From a virus: a DNA stretch of 64,000 bases. The translations under genes and the position numbers were made by a program. Shown one piece after another: positions 16,937-25,955 of the stretch. The notes beneath the pieces are model-generated. The model did not search any database and had not been told where the DNA came from. It was given only the letters and a program-made list of their open reading frames with translations. Numbering within the stretch: the stretch's first letter is position 1; every line of letters begins with the position of its first letter. The stretch is from positions 1 through 64,000 of IMG/VR virus record IMGVR_UViG_3300021478_000001; one strand, 5' to 3'.

Positions 16937-17614
16937 TCAACTCGCTTCTCGTTTGCCAGCCAATTGTGATAGTTCGACGACATGGCCACTATTTTGTATT
17001 TTTGTAAGACGTTCGCTGCCAAATCGTTTTTCTACTTCAACAAAACTATTGGCTGCGATCAATATCTTGTCATGATCCCAAACCAATGCAAACGGATCCT
17101 TCTGTTCCTGGCTCCTTGGAATAATCCGTAAGCCAAATGCTCCACGATGACCAGCTTTCCAACTTCTGAATAAACGTGTAAGTGCTTCATTTTCAGTTTC
17201 TTTGCTAGGTACTCTACGCAGTTGATTTTCTTCCTCAATGATGTTTAGAGCATCCAATACAAATTCCTTGACTGGCTTATTGTGCGGACCACTAGTACAT
17301 AGTGGATATCTTTCGTAGAATGCTTCGCTTTGTGGGATAGCACGGAAACCATGTTTCCGATTTTCAAACAGCTTTCTGATTTTCCTGCCCATGACAAACT
17401 GAGTATCACAACAGATCTGATCGATGGTTGCATCTGCCATGGGAATATTCGCAGATTTCATGCGCTCTAATTGTACATCCACTATGAGATGATAGTAGAT
17501 GTTGACGTAGCCAGCATCTGCCAACTTTTCAACGATTCTACAGATACCTTCTAGATACTCTTTACGGTAGGAGGACCTGATTGGATCTTTTCGCCACGAT
17601 ACTCGCTTTTTCAT
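16937..17614 (-). CDS. hypothetical protein
   Basis: 225-aa ORF with GAGGAG RBS. Confidence 0.65.
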   Translation of the reverse strand: MKKRVSWRKDPIRSSYRKEYLEGICRIVEKLADAGYVNIYYHLIVDVQLERMKSANIPMADATIDQICCDTQFVMGRKIRKLFENRKHGFRAIPQSEAFYERYPLCTSGPHNKPVKEFVLDALNIIEEENQLRRVPSKETENEALTRLFRSWKAGHRGAFGLRIIPRSQEQKDPFALVWDHDKILIAANSFVEVEKRFGSERLTKIQNSGHVVELSQLAGKREAS

Positions 17615-18191
17615 CTTTCTTCTCCTCTAGTCTGTGTTGCAGAGTTTGCAGTAGGTTAATCTTAGCACGTAATTCGTTAATTAATGCACGTCGTGGAGCA
17701 GCATCGATCTCGGCTTGATATTTGATAATCGCTTTAGATAGATCCACATATCGCTGTTGCTTGAATGTGATTTGCAGCCAATGGCATAATTGATTGGCTA
17801 CATTGTTCATGTTCAGCGCCGGTAGCTGTTTGGTAGCGCGTTTATGCTTACGCATCACTTCTCGCGCTTTTCGTTGAGTCATTTTGGGATAAAGTTTAAT
17901 AACTTTTGATTTATGTGGATGCTTATTGAGTTCTTTTCCAACAGAAAACCGTGGGCGCCCACGCTTTTCCTTTTTCCATGCTAAAAAAGTTTGGCGATAC
18001 ATCTGAATTGTTCTTACATCCAACTCAACAGCCTCACCAAATTTCTCCAGTGTTTGTTCTCCATATTTAGGTTCAAGATCAGCCGCGATTTCACCTAAGC
18101 GCCATTGATCTTTTTCATTTTCAGTTTCACGTCGTCTAATGGCAATAACAATCTGTCGACCTTCTTTCACACCATCAGTAAACCTTATCAT
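17562..18191 (-). CDS. basic putative DNA-binding protein
   Basis: QWRLGEIAA..YGEQTLEKFGEAV pattern, Lys/Arg rich; first gene left of the divergent control region. Confidence 0.6.
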   Translation of the reverse strand: MIRFTDGVKEGRQIVIAIRRRETENEKDQWRLGEIAADLEPKYGEQTLEKFGEAVELDVRTIQMYRQTFLAWKKEKRGRPRFSVGKELNKHPHKSKVIKLYPKMTQRKAREVMRKHKRATKQLPALNMNNVANQLCHWLQITFKQQRYVDLSKAIIKYQAEIDAAPRRALINELRAKINLLQTLQHRLEEKKDEKASIVAKRSNQVLLP

Positions 18192-18272
18192 TTTGTTCGC
18201 CCTTTCTAATACCCTTAGCTGCCTAGTTGCCTAAGCGTAACATAAGTACACACTGTTCTGCAACAGATCGCC

Positions 18273-18290
18273 CTTGCTATATATAGCAAG
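18273..18290. promoter_or_regulatory. perfect 18-bp palindrome, putative operator
   Basis: CTTGCTATATATAGCAAG in the divergent intergenic region; related sites at 24236, 24336, 25628, 12843. Confidence 0.6.
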
Positions 18291-18494
18291 TCGAGTCGCC
18301 ATAAAAAAGCTTGTACTCCAAATAAATCCGGCGCAGCATTGCCACCCTAATCCCTCGCGAGCATCCCATGCTAAACAGAATCTATGCAGCATTGGCAGCT
18401 TTGTTCATAGCTGGTGTCTTTGTTGCTGTCGGTGTGTTGATTGGTCTTGCGTTAGCTTCCAAATATCCACCCTGTGCACATAAGGAAAACGCCC

Positions 18495-20699
18495 ATGACC
18501 GAGCTAAGGCAGTCGGCACATACCTATATCGAGCATAACTGGCCCGTCTTCCCCTGCAATCCCCTCAACAAGCGTCCACTCACTGCACACGGACATTTGG
18601 ATGCATCACTGGACCCCAAGCAAATAGACACATGGTGGGCTATTACTCCCATGGCCATGCTTGGAGTACCCATGGGTCTGCCGAGTGGAGTCTTCTGCGT
18701 TGATCTAGACATAAAGGATAAAATCAGTGGCGTCGAAATGTGGAACATGATGATTGCCAGTGAAAATGCTGGCGTCGATGCTGATACTCGCATTCATAAT
18801 ACTCCGAGCGGCGGCAAGCATTACATCTTTATTTGGAAGGAAGGCATTCGTAATATTCCATTGGGCAAATTGATGCCCGGTGTAGAGATCAAGGCAGATG
18901 GCGGTTATATCGTCGTACCACCGAGCCGGATGGCAGACGGACGGGAATACACCAGCAATGGAAAAGCCATAGCAGATGCACCTGAATGGTTGATGCAACG
19001 TATCAATGAATATTTTGGTCTACGATCAGAAGAGCCACTCGACCCCGATGAAATAAAAACCAGTGAAGAAGTATTGCGCATGTTGGATGAAGACATGGGC
19101 AAAGGAGTCAACCTCGAAGATTCTTATGATTTTGGTCAAGGACCTGACATTGATGCTATCAACGCGGCACTGGACAGTATTCCGTCAGATGGATATGAAG
19201 ATTGGTATCGTCTCGGTGCTGCCATCTTCCGAGCATTAGGAGATAACGGATATACGACATTCCGGGATTGGAGTGCGAAGAGCAACAAGTTCAAAGAAAA
19301 AGAATGCCAGCGCAAATGGAAGCAAGTGAAGGACATCAAGGATATCAACATCGGCTCAGTGTTTTATTTTGCCGACATCAACGATTCCAGCTGGCGCGAC
19401 CGATATGAACAACGAAAAGAACATCAGCGTCTGCAACAAGAGAAACAGAGACAGCAGACACAGGATGATGTGAAACCAAAAAAGTTTTCCAAATTCCGTA
19501 CGTATGCTTTGTTTCCCATCGACGAGTCGCGCGTGCCACTACGACCATGGCTCGTCCCTGGATTATTCATGCGAGGACATTTAACGGCGACAGCCGCGCC
19601 TGGAGGAACCGGCAAATCTATTTTCACATTATGTATCGCCATCATGCTTGCGACAGGAAGATCGTGGAGCAATTGGACACCACGTCAACAATATCGCACA
19701 CTAATTATTAATCTAGAAGAAGACAGTGATGAAATGCGCAGGAGAGCATTTGCCGCTGCACAGCATAGCATGGGAATGAACGACAATAGAATATTGAAAG
19801 ATTGGATAATCGCTGCAGAATATGATACTCGTCTAGTGATAGCCAAACAGAACAAGGTAACTCGTAGCCTTATACGAGAACCTGTTGTTGATGATCTCAA
19901 GGAATTTATCCGCGATGAAAAATTCGACGTTATAATTATTGATCCGTTTGCAGAAACATATGAAGGTGAAGAAACTAATAGAGAGTTGAAATATGTTGGT
20001 AGTCTATGGAGAGAAGTAGCACGCGACACGCAAAGTGCTGTCTGGCTCATTCATCATGTTAAGAAATACGCGCAGGATCTGCAAGGAGATGTGGATGCAT
20101 TACGTGGCGGTGGCGCGTTAGGCAATCTAATTCGTGCAGCTACCACGATGTTTAATATGACAAAGGATGAAGCACAATTATATGAGGTACTAGAAGAAGA
20201 TCGCAAATTGTATGTTCGGTTCGATGATGCAAAAGGAAATTATAATCTACCGAACGCCAAAACTGTTTGGTTCAAAAAAGAAACTATGCAACTTCAAAAT
20301 GGATATGGGTCACTACCTAATGACAATGTCGGGGCGTTGATGCCTTGGAATGCGCCAGATAAGCTCGGGAATTTGACACAGGAAAACATTGAGAACTTGG
20401 TAAGTAAAATTGATCAAGGGATCATGGTTGAAAAAGGTATTGAATATTACACATTGAGCTCTACCAAGACATCAGGAAGTAGTCGTTGGGTTGGTTTCTT
20501 GATAGTTAAAGAATTAGGATGTTCAGACAAAACTGCTAGAGACATTATCAAAGCATTTGAACAACGTGAAATACTAGTATCGTTCCCATATGAATCTCCA
20601 GGTAAGCGTGAAACACGGCAAGGATGCGGGAGTAAAAGCAAACGTGCAACCATGCTACAGACGGTGAAAAAATCGACCAAGCCAGATACCCTATTTTGA
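18495..20699 (+). CDS. primase-polymerase / PriCT-2 / AAA helicase fusion
   Basis: WPVFPC..KRP, VDLD, TPSGGKHY, GGYIVVPPS; YEDWYRLGAA..WS (PriCT-2); APGGTGKS, IIDPF, IHH. Confidence 0.92.
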   Translation: MTELRQSAHTYIEHNWPVFPCNPLNKRPLTAHGHLDASLDPKQIDTWWAITPMAMLGVPMGLPSGVFCVDLDIKDKISGVEMWNMMIASENAGVDADTRIHNTPSGGKHYIFIWKEGIRNIPLGKLMPGVEIKADGGYIVVPPSRMADGREYTSNGKAIADAPEWLMQRINEYFGLRSEEPLDPDEIKTSEEVLRMLDEDMGKGVNLEDSYDFGQGPDIDAINAALDSIPSDGYEDWYRLGAAIFRALGDNGYTTFRDWSAKSNKFKEKECQRKWKQVKDIKDINIGSVFYFADINDSSWRDRYEQRKEHQRLQQEKQRQQTQDDVKPKKFSKFRTYALFPIDESRVPLRPWLVPGLFMRGHLTATAAPGGTGKSIFTLCIAIMLATGRSWSNWTPRQQYRTLIINLEEDSDEMRRRAFAAAQHSMGMNDNRILKDWIIAAEYDTRLVIAKQNKVTRSLIREPVVDDLKEFIRDEKFDVIIIDPFAETYEGEETNRELKYVGSLWREVARDTQSAVWLIHHVKKYAQDLQGDVDALRGGGALGNLIRAATTMFNMTKDEAQLYEVLEEDRKLYVRFDDAKGNYNLPNAKTVWFKKETMQLQNGYGSLPNDNVGALMPWNAPDKLGNLTQENIENLVSKIDQGIMVEKGIEYYTLSSTKTSGSSRWVGFLIVKELGCSDKTARDIIKAFEQREILVSFPYESPGKRETRQGCGSKSKRATMLQTVKKSTKPDTLF

Positions 20700-20713
20700 T
20701 AAGGTTTTAAGCG

Positions 20714-20909
20714 TGCCCCAGTCACCCCCATGGACTGGGGCAAAGACTGGGGCAGACTGGGGCAAACTGTTCTAGCAAGCCCCCTTGCTTTTTGTCCCAG
20801 TCGGACGCTTGCCCCAGTCGTGCAAAGGAAGAACCTTTGCAAAAAGACTGGGGCAGCGCTTACCGTCGGCCGCTGGCCGCTAACGCTTGCGGCCTAGGCG
20901 ACTGGGGCA
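20714..20909. repeat. iteron-like GACTGGGGCA repeats, putative replication origin
   Basis: Direct copies at 20733, 20745, 20755, 20846, 20900; inverted copies at 20714, 20793 (1 mismatch), 20810; immediately after the primase. Confidence 0.7.
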
Positions 20910-21036
20910 AAAAGGCAAAGAGCGGGAGGCTTGCGCAGTTTTGGTGCAGATATAAATGTTCAGGAAAAATCTGGATCGCTTGCATCGCGCCGCGTTTTGC
21001 GTTACAAGGCCGACCCAATGCCGCAAGGCCGCGCCA

Positions 21037-21513
21037 ATGCCATGGATGGTCGTACGTACGGAGCCGCAACGTGAACTGGTAGCGCAACGCTATGTCCAGC
21101 TGTTCGGGAAAGAAACCTTCCTACCACGATTTCGCGATTGGCGAAGCGGAAGAATCAAGTCACTCTATCCCAATTATCTGTTTGTTGAGTATGATGGGAA
21201 TTGGTCCTATCTTCGTCGAACCTATGGTGCGAAAGATCCAATTTTCGTAGATGGAGCTCCTGGTGTTGTTCCTGATGAACATGTTGAAGAACTACAAGGA
21301 AGGCAAGACTCGGAAGGTTTGATATTGATAGACCTAGATGTTGGTCATGTCGTTACGGTAGTTCGAGGAAACGATATGCGAGGTTGGACTGGGATTTTTA
21401 ATGGGATGACCGACAAGGATAGATGCGAAGTCTTGTTCAACATCATCGGTCCGCCCGTTTCCAAGATTGTAGATACTAAGAATATTCGGGCCGAGAGCCT
21501 ACATCTTATTTGA
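21037..21513 (+). CDS. NusG/RfaH-family transcription antiterminator
   Basis: WMVVRTEPQRE, TFLPR, LYPNYLFV, KOW-like GHVVTVVRG..GWTGIF, VLFNIIG. Confidence 0.85.
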   Translation: MPWMVVRTEPQRELVAQRYVQLFGKETFLPRFRDWRSGRIKSLYPNYLFVEYDGNWSYLRRTYGAKDPIFVDGAPGVVPDEHVEELQGRQDSEGLILIDLDVGHVVTVVRGNDMRGWTGIFNGMTDKDRCEVLFNIIGPPVSKIVDTKNIRAESLHLI

Positions 21514-21734
21514 GCGTTGTTTAGTTTTCTGGTCACGACAACCGATAATCGTTTTGTCGGTATCGCCGGAGGTTCATGTTGTCGCAGTTCAGTCAAGTGG
21601 GTTTGTGGCTGATTGTTATGGCTGCAATAATGTTTGGTGTTGTCGCTGTCTTTTTGTTCATTCGGTAAGCTGCGCTGTGCCGTTATTATATATATTTAAA
21701 AGTAGCCCTAACGACTGGCATTGAGGTAAAGATT

Positions 21735-22106
21735 ATGTCGCGTTCACAATTCAGTTTCATGTATCATCGCAAGCGATGGTTCATGCGCCGTCGTGCTCAG
21801 TTAAGGAAGGAACCGTTGTGTGTGATATGCTTGCAACGTGGCATAGCAACGCCAGCAACTATTGCTGATCATATCATTCCACACAAGGGTGATTGGAATT
21901 TTTTTTGGACAGGTGATCTGCAATCGTTGTGCTTTACACATCATAACGGGAGCAAAAGGGAAATAGAAGAAAAAGGTTTTTGCAGCGATGTCGGTGTGGA
22001 TGGTTGGCCGTTAGATCCTAATCATTATGCTAACAACAAAGCAGCATTGCGCACGCGCAACAAGAAGCCGATAGCTAAGAAGCACAATCTGGATTTGTTA
22101 GGATAA
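21735..22106 (+). CDS. HNH endonuclease (HK97 gp74-like terminase accessory)
   Basis: EPLCVIC, ADHIIPHKGD, LQSLCFTHHNGSK, GVDGWPLDPNH. Confidence 0.9.
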   Translation: MSRSQFSFMYHRKRWFMRRRAQLRKEPLCVICLQRGIATPATIADHIIPHKGDWNFFWTGDLQSLCFTHHNGSKREIEEKGFCSDVGVDGWPLDPNHYANNKAALRTRNKKPIAKKHNLDLLG

Positions 22107-22334
22107 TTATGTTGTCGCCATGGGGTGCCAGGATCTGGCTGTTGCTCTGTGCTGGAATTCTATTTGCTATTTGGATGCGTTGGATTCCAGGTTGGCACTA
22201 GATAGACTGTGCCTGCCATAGTAGCCCTTCCTTTAAGCAATGGGCGCGTGCCGTGCCTCTTAGTTATTTGTTCACAAGTATGCTTTGTTCTATCCTCTGT
22301 GTCGTTATCGGTGATGTTCTTATTTGGACATCGC

Positions 22335-22702
22335 TTGTTTGGATATTCGTATACTGTTTGGAACAAAAGCAAATAGTCCTATTAGGAAATGGACTAATAG
22401 GTGTCATGGGATGTGGACTAGATAGTAATGTCAAGTCTGTTGTTTGTTTGGATATGAAGGATGGATTTAGAATCTATGGATCTATTTGTTTGGAATTCGG
22501 GTTCGTATTTGTTTGGATGTCGCGTTGTTTGTTTGGATATCTCAATGGGGTGTCTGTCACAGTTTCCGGAGGGTGGGGGGGACTGTTTGAATAGCAGCCC
22601 GAGCTCGGGCGAGACGTCGCGGAGCGATTCCGGCTCGGAACAGATTTATCTGTCCCGATCCAGAACGAGAGATGAGATGAGAGGAGATCCAAACAAACAA
22701 CG
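22335..22702. repeat. TGTTTGGA repeat array and inverted repeat, putative cos/packaging region
   Basis: Copies at about 22335, 22355, 22443, 22485, 22508, 22528; 16-bp inverted repeat 22523-22538 / 22687-22702 encloses a G-run and the palindrome GCCCGAGCTCGGGC. Confidence 0.6.
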
Positions 22703-22724
22703 AGATCGTTTGATTGGATCGTGA

Positions 22725-22946
22725 TTAGAATCTGATTGGACGACGCTCGACCGTGTCCGCCGTGCACGCCCAGACTATCGCAGCGACCCAACCGAGAAAT
22801 GTCCAACCGAGCAGCAAATTTAGGATGCCGATGGCTGTTCGTTGACGATGTGAGCGAATTACTGCGACGAGGTAGGGTAGAAAGTAGCTGCAGAATAGGA
22901 GACCTATGAAACACACAGTTAAGTAGGTCGTTATTTCTTTTTCCAT
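22725..22946 (-). CDS. imm: superinfection immunity protein (T4 Imm-like)
   Basis: YFLPYLVA..R.H....I.ILNLLLGWTFLGWVAAIVWA; AAGGAG RBS before ATG 22946. Confidence 0.88.
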   Translation of the reverse strand: MEKEITTYLTVCFIGLLFCSYFLPYLVAVIRSHRQRTAIGILNLLLGWTFLGWVAAIVWACTADTVERRPIRF

Positions 22947-23076
22947 TTTCGTTACTCCTTGACGCGCGTTGCGGTGAGGAGCGCTCTGTCCGTTCGCCTC
23001 TTTCACAAGTTTTCGTGGGCAAAAAGGACGGACTCAGGTGCTCCTCGCCGCAACGCGCGGCGTGTTGGTGGGGGGT

Positions 23077-23382
23077 TTATTTCTGTGGAATTGCCCAATC
23101 ACCGTGGTCAGCGACCATGATCATGAACAATTCATCCACTACTTCGTGGGCTGCCTCTGCGTCTGGGCCTCCAGCTTGCACCATGGGGCCAACTTCCTCT
23201 TCGCGGTCGCCGATGCAAAACGCTTCCAGTTGTTCTGCATTTAACGTTGCGAGGTAGCGTCGTGCACGATCGATAGGCAGGTCAGTCAGATCGACACAAC
23301 AATTTTCCGGGATGTCCATGCCCTGATCGTTGAATAAGCAACCAACGACTTGGGCAAATACCGGATCTTTCATCAGGTTCAT
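23077..23382 (-). CDS. acidic hypothetical protein
   Basis: AGGAG RBS, 101 aa. Confidence 0.65.
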   Translation of the reverse strand: MNLMKDPVFAQVVGCLFNDQGMDIPENCCVDLTDLPIDRARRYLATLNAEQLEAFCIGDREEEVGPMVQAGGPDAEAAHEVVDELFMIMVADHGDWAIPQK

Positions 23383-23440
23383 TGCTTTCTCCTGTGGTGT
23401 TGGTGGCAGGGCGCAACGTGCGCCCCGCCGTTTTTGTGCG

Positions 23441-23878
23441 TTACTGCGCGGCGATGACCATGACCGCGAACACGACCGGAAGAACCTTGATCAGGTTCTC
23501 CTTGACCGCGCGGGCGATGGTGGCGCGCCACTCCGGATACTTCTTGAGGAAGTCGCCGACCGTCTTGGACTTGCGCAGCGCCTCGAAGCGCTCGTAGGGC
23601 GGCAGACCTTCGCGGCGCGGATTGGTATCGACGAGCACCTGGATCTTCTGTGACACGTCGTACTTCGGCGCGAACGCCTTGGTCTTGGTCACCTCCTTGG
23701 GGGTCACCGACTTGACCGCGCGGGCGACTGCCGCCTTGGTCACCTTGCCCTTCTTGGTGGTCTTCACCGGTGCAACAAGCACCTTGGCACCTTTCGGGGC
23801 GGCATCCTTGGCGGAGGCCTTGAGATCCGCAACCAGAGTGGAGGTGGCGGGAACGGTCTTCTGGGCTTTCTTAGCCAT
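23441..23878 (-). CDS. Lys/Ala-rich histone-H1-like DNA-binding protein
   Basis: K/A/P-rich N-terminal half plus NPRREG..YERFE..KTVGDFL domain; strongly G/C-ending codons. Confidence 0.75.
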   Translation of the reverse strand: MAKKAQKTVPATSTLVADLKASAKDAAPKGAKVLVAPVKTTKKGKVTKAAVARAVKSVTPKEVTKTKAFAPKYDVSQKIQVLVDTNPRREGLPPYERFEALRKSKTVGDFLKKYPEWRATIARAVKENLIKVLPVVFAVMVIAAQ

Positions 23879-24228
23879 TTGAGTTTACTCTCTTTCAAGT
23901 GCGCCCTGTGGGCGCGGTAATGTTTGGCAGCTGGTAAGGCATACCAAACAGTTGAAGACCCGCCGCGCGGCGCGCGGCAGGGGCAGTGTGCGCTTTGCAG
24001 CGCCATGGGCTTACCGCACTGGCACCCCTTGCACTGGCCAACGCGCCACCAAAAGCGGTGGAGGGCTGCGCAAGGGGGCTGTACGCGCGGGGCGCACGGT
24101 TGGCCCAAGCCGCTACTTAGCGGGAGGGGGCGCAGTAGGGTTGCTCTGGCTTTTTGGGCCGCACCACACGCTTGGAATCGCGTGGCCCTACCGGTGAACC
24201 GCGCTGCATGGGCAGCGCCAACACACAC

Positions 24229-24256
24229 AACATAACATGCTACCCGTAGCATGCAA
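24229..24256 (-). promoter_or_regulatory. leftward sigma70-like promoter overlapping an operator palindrome
   Basis: TTGCAT-16-TATGTT on minus strand; overlaps the palindrome CATGCTAC-NN-GTAGCATG (24236-24253). Confidence 0.5.
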
Positions 24257-24605
24257 GAAAAATAGTGTGAAAACGACTAGGTGCGGCACCCTGCCGCAGG
24301 TAGGGCTAATTCTAGTTAGAGTTCAAGCACTTAGCTGTTACCGGTAGCAAGCCCCTTTGGCGGCACCTTGCCTCTGCCTCTGCCTCTGCCCCTTGCCTTA
24401 ATTGCGAGTTGGTGGGGCAATGAACTCACAATGCCCTAGGGCGACTCCGTGGCAGGGCATGCGCGGCGCGGCCATAAGGGTAGCGGGCACCTTGGAATAA
24501 CGCACAGGTGAGCTCCCTAGGGGCTGGTTTTGAGATGGTTGTAGTGCGAAAAATTGCTACCTGGGAAAAATGACCATTTTGGTCATTTGTTTGGAGTTCG
24601 CAGAT

Positions 24606-24635
24606 AAAAAGAAACCGGAGCGTTGCTGCTCCGGC
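24606..24635 (-). terminator. intrinsic terminator
   Basis: CCGGAGC-loop-GCTCCGG followed by TTTCTTTTT on minus strand, just after 24649..24918. Confidence 0.7.
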
Positions 24636-24648
24636 CTTGAATGGCAGT

Positions 24649-24918
24649 TCATGGAATTTCTGCCCAAGCCTCTGGTTCAAATTCCTCGCAGTTACAAAAT
24701 TCGTCATGGTCCCAGTTCCACCCAACGCAAATCCATTGACCTGGATCACTATCGCTTTCTGGATACCAGTGTCCCATGGTGATAAAGCTTTCTTCAGGTT
24801 TTACATCATACAGAGCAAGGCTTTCTGCGTTCTTCACCTTTAGGAATATCAGCCGATTGGGATAATCCGTGTTGTTTTTCACGAACTCGGCCATTGGCTT
24901 CCAATCAATCGTAGTCAC
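24649..24918 (-). CDS. hypothetical protein (WKPM...AWAEIP, DUF551-like pattern)
   Basis: AAGGAG RBS, GTG start. Confidence 0.65.
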   Translation of the reverse strand: MTTIDWKPMAEFVKNNTDYPNRLIFLKVKNAESLALYDVKPEESFITMGHWYPESDSDPGQWICVGWNWDHDEFCNCEEFEPEAWAEIP

Positions 24919-24933
24919 ATCACTTCTCCTTTA

Positions 24934-25149
24934 CTACTTCGTTGGGTGCCAGTGGAAGCCATCCGGGAGACTGCACCAGAAAAATAATTCCCCGGAGACA
25001 ATTATGTAGAAGGCGGTTTGTGATTCATCGATATCTTCTTGCTCGATCAATCGGTAAACCTGACTTCCAGCTATGTCTGTATCTGGTGCCGTGAAAATGG
25101 CAACGGGGATGAGGTCGTTGGCATTAACGCGGTAGACAGTGAGTTCCAT
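24934..25149 (-). CDS. hypothetical protein
   Basis: GGAG RBS. Confidence 0.6.
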   Translation of the reverse strand: MELTVYRVNANDLIPVAIFTAPDTDIAGSQVYRLIEQEDIDESQTAFYIIVSGELFFWCSLPDGFHWHPTK

Positions 25150-25167
25150 TTTGTTTTTCTCTCCATT

Positions 25168-25206
25168 GAAAGAAACCGGAGCAGCTGGTGCCGCTCCGGG
25201 TCTTTT
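25168..25206 (-). terminator. intrinsic terminator-like hairpin, same stem as 24606
   Basis: CCGGAGC...GCTCCGG followed by TTTCTTTC on minus strand. Confidence 0.55.
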
Positions 25207-25268
25207 GTTAGGCTGAGAATATATCTTCGTCTACGGCGACGCCGAGTACTTTTGCGGCGTTTCGCTGA

Positions 25269-25556
25269 TTAGCGTTTAGCTTTCCTTTGACTTTGACTAG
25301 CATAGAGTAACTCATGTATTTCCTGCTCAGTCAACGCCACTAGGATTTTATCCTTCAGCTCCTCATCATTATCTATCAGACGTTTTGCTTCAGGACTGTT
25401 TAGTTGAAGAATTTTGTATTGTATCTTGAAATCACGACTAGATATAAGTTCTCTAGCTTGTTTTTCTAGGGCTTCAGTACTGTCACTTGCTTCGGAAAGG
25501 TAGAAGCCCTTATGGTGATTCAAGAACAATCCATATTTCTTCTCACGTTCAGCCAT
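25269..25556 (-). CDS. hypothetical protein
   Basis: AGGAG RBS; first gene after a strong leftward promoter. Confidence 0.65.
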   Translation of the reverse strand: MAEREKKYGLFLNHHKGFYLSEASDSTEALEKQARELISSRDFKIQYKILQLNSPEAKRLIDNDEELKDKILVALTEQEIHELLYASQSQRKAKR

Positions 25557-25617
25557 TTACTCTCTCCTATTCACTTTTCAAACAGCATTTGTTGGTGCGG
25601 TATACACCAACCAAACA

Positions 25618-25646
25618 ATTATAGCACAGTTACAGGTAGCAAGCAA
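25618..25646 (-). promoter_or_regulatory. strong leftward sigma70 promoter
   Basis: TTGCTT-17 nt-TATAAT with extended -10 TG; spacer contains GCTACCTGTAAC operator-like site. Confidence 0.75.
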
Positions 25647-25658
25647 TAGGAACAAATA

Positions 25659-25940
25659 ATGGGTGTGACTGAGGAAGCTGGTAAGGTTGGGAGCGCCGCT
25701 GTTTCTGCGATGTCCTCGCAGCCGCTGGCGATTGCGCTCTTAATCATCAATATCGGTTTCCTTGGATTTGCTGGTTATATCTTGGGAGAAGTCGCTGCTA
25801 ATGCCAGTGAGCGTAACAAGTTACAGATGGAGTTGATTGCCAAGCTGGTTGGTGATATTCGTGACTGCCGACAAGGACCAGCAACTCGGTCAAAGTATCT
25901 ACCGCTTCCACCGTACTCGCCGATACCGATCAGAGATTAA
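25659..25940 (+). CDS. single-pass membrane protein
   Basis: Hydrophobic PLAIALLIINIGFLGFAGYIL followed by an amphipathic helix. Confidence 0.65.
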   Translation: MGVTEEAGKVGSAAVSAMSSQPLAIALLIINIGFLGFAGYILGEVAANASERNKLQMELIAKLVGDIRDCRQGPATRSKYLPLPPYSPIPIRD

Positions 25941-25955
25941 CAAAAGGAGCAGACA

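Noticed and set aside
20714-22702. Repeat clusters as CRISPR arrays
   Set aside because: Repeats are only 8-16 bp, irregularly spaced and in both orientations; no cas genes
23764-24252. Overlapping ORFs in the GC-rich stretch of the island
   Set aside because: Arg/Ala/Cys-rich translations typical of non-coding GC-rich DNA; no RBS; region carries promoter and operator sites
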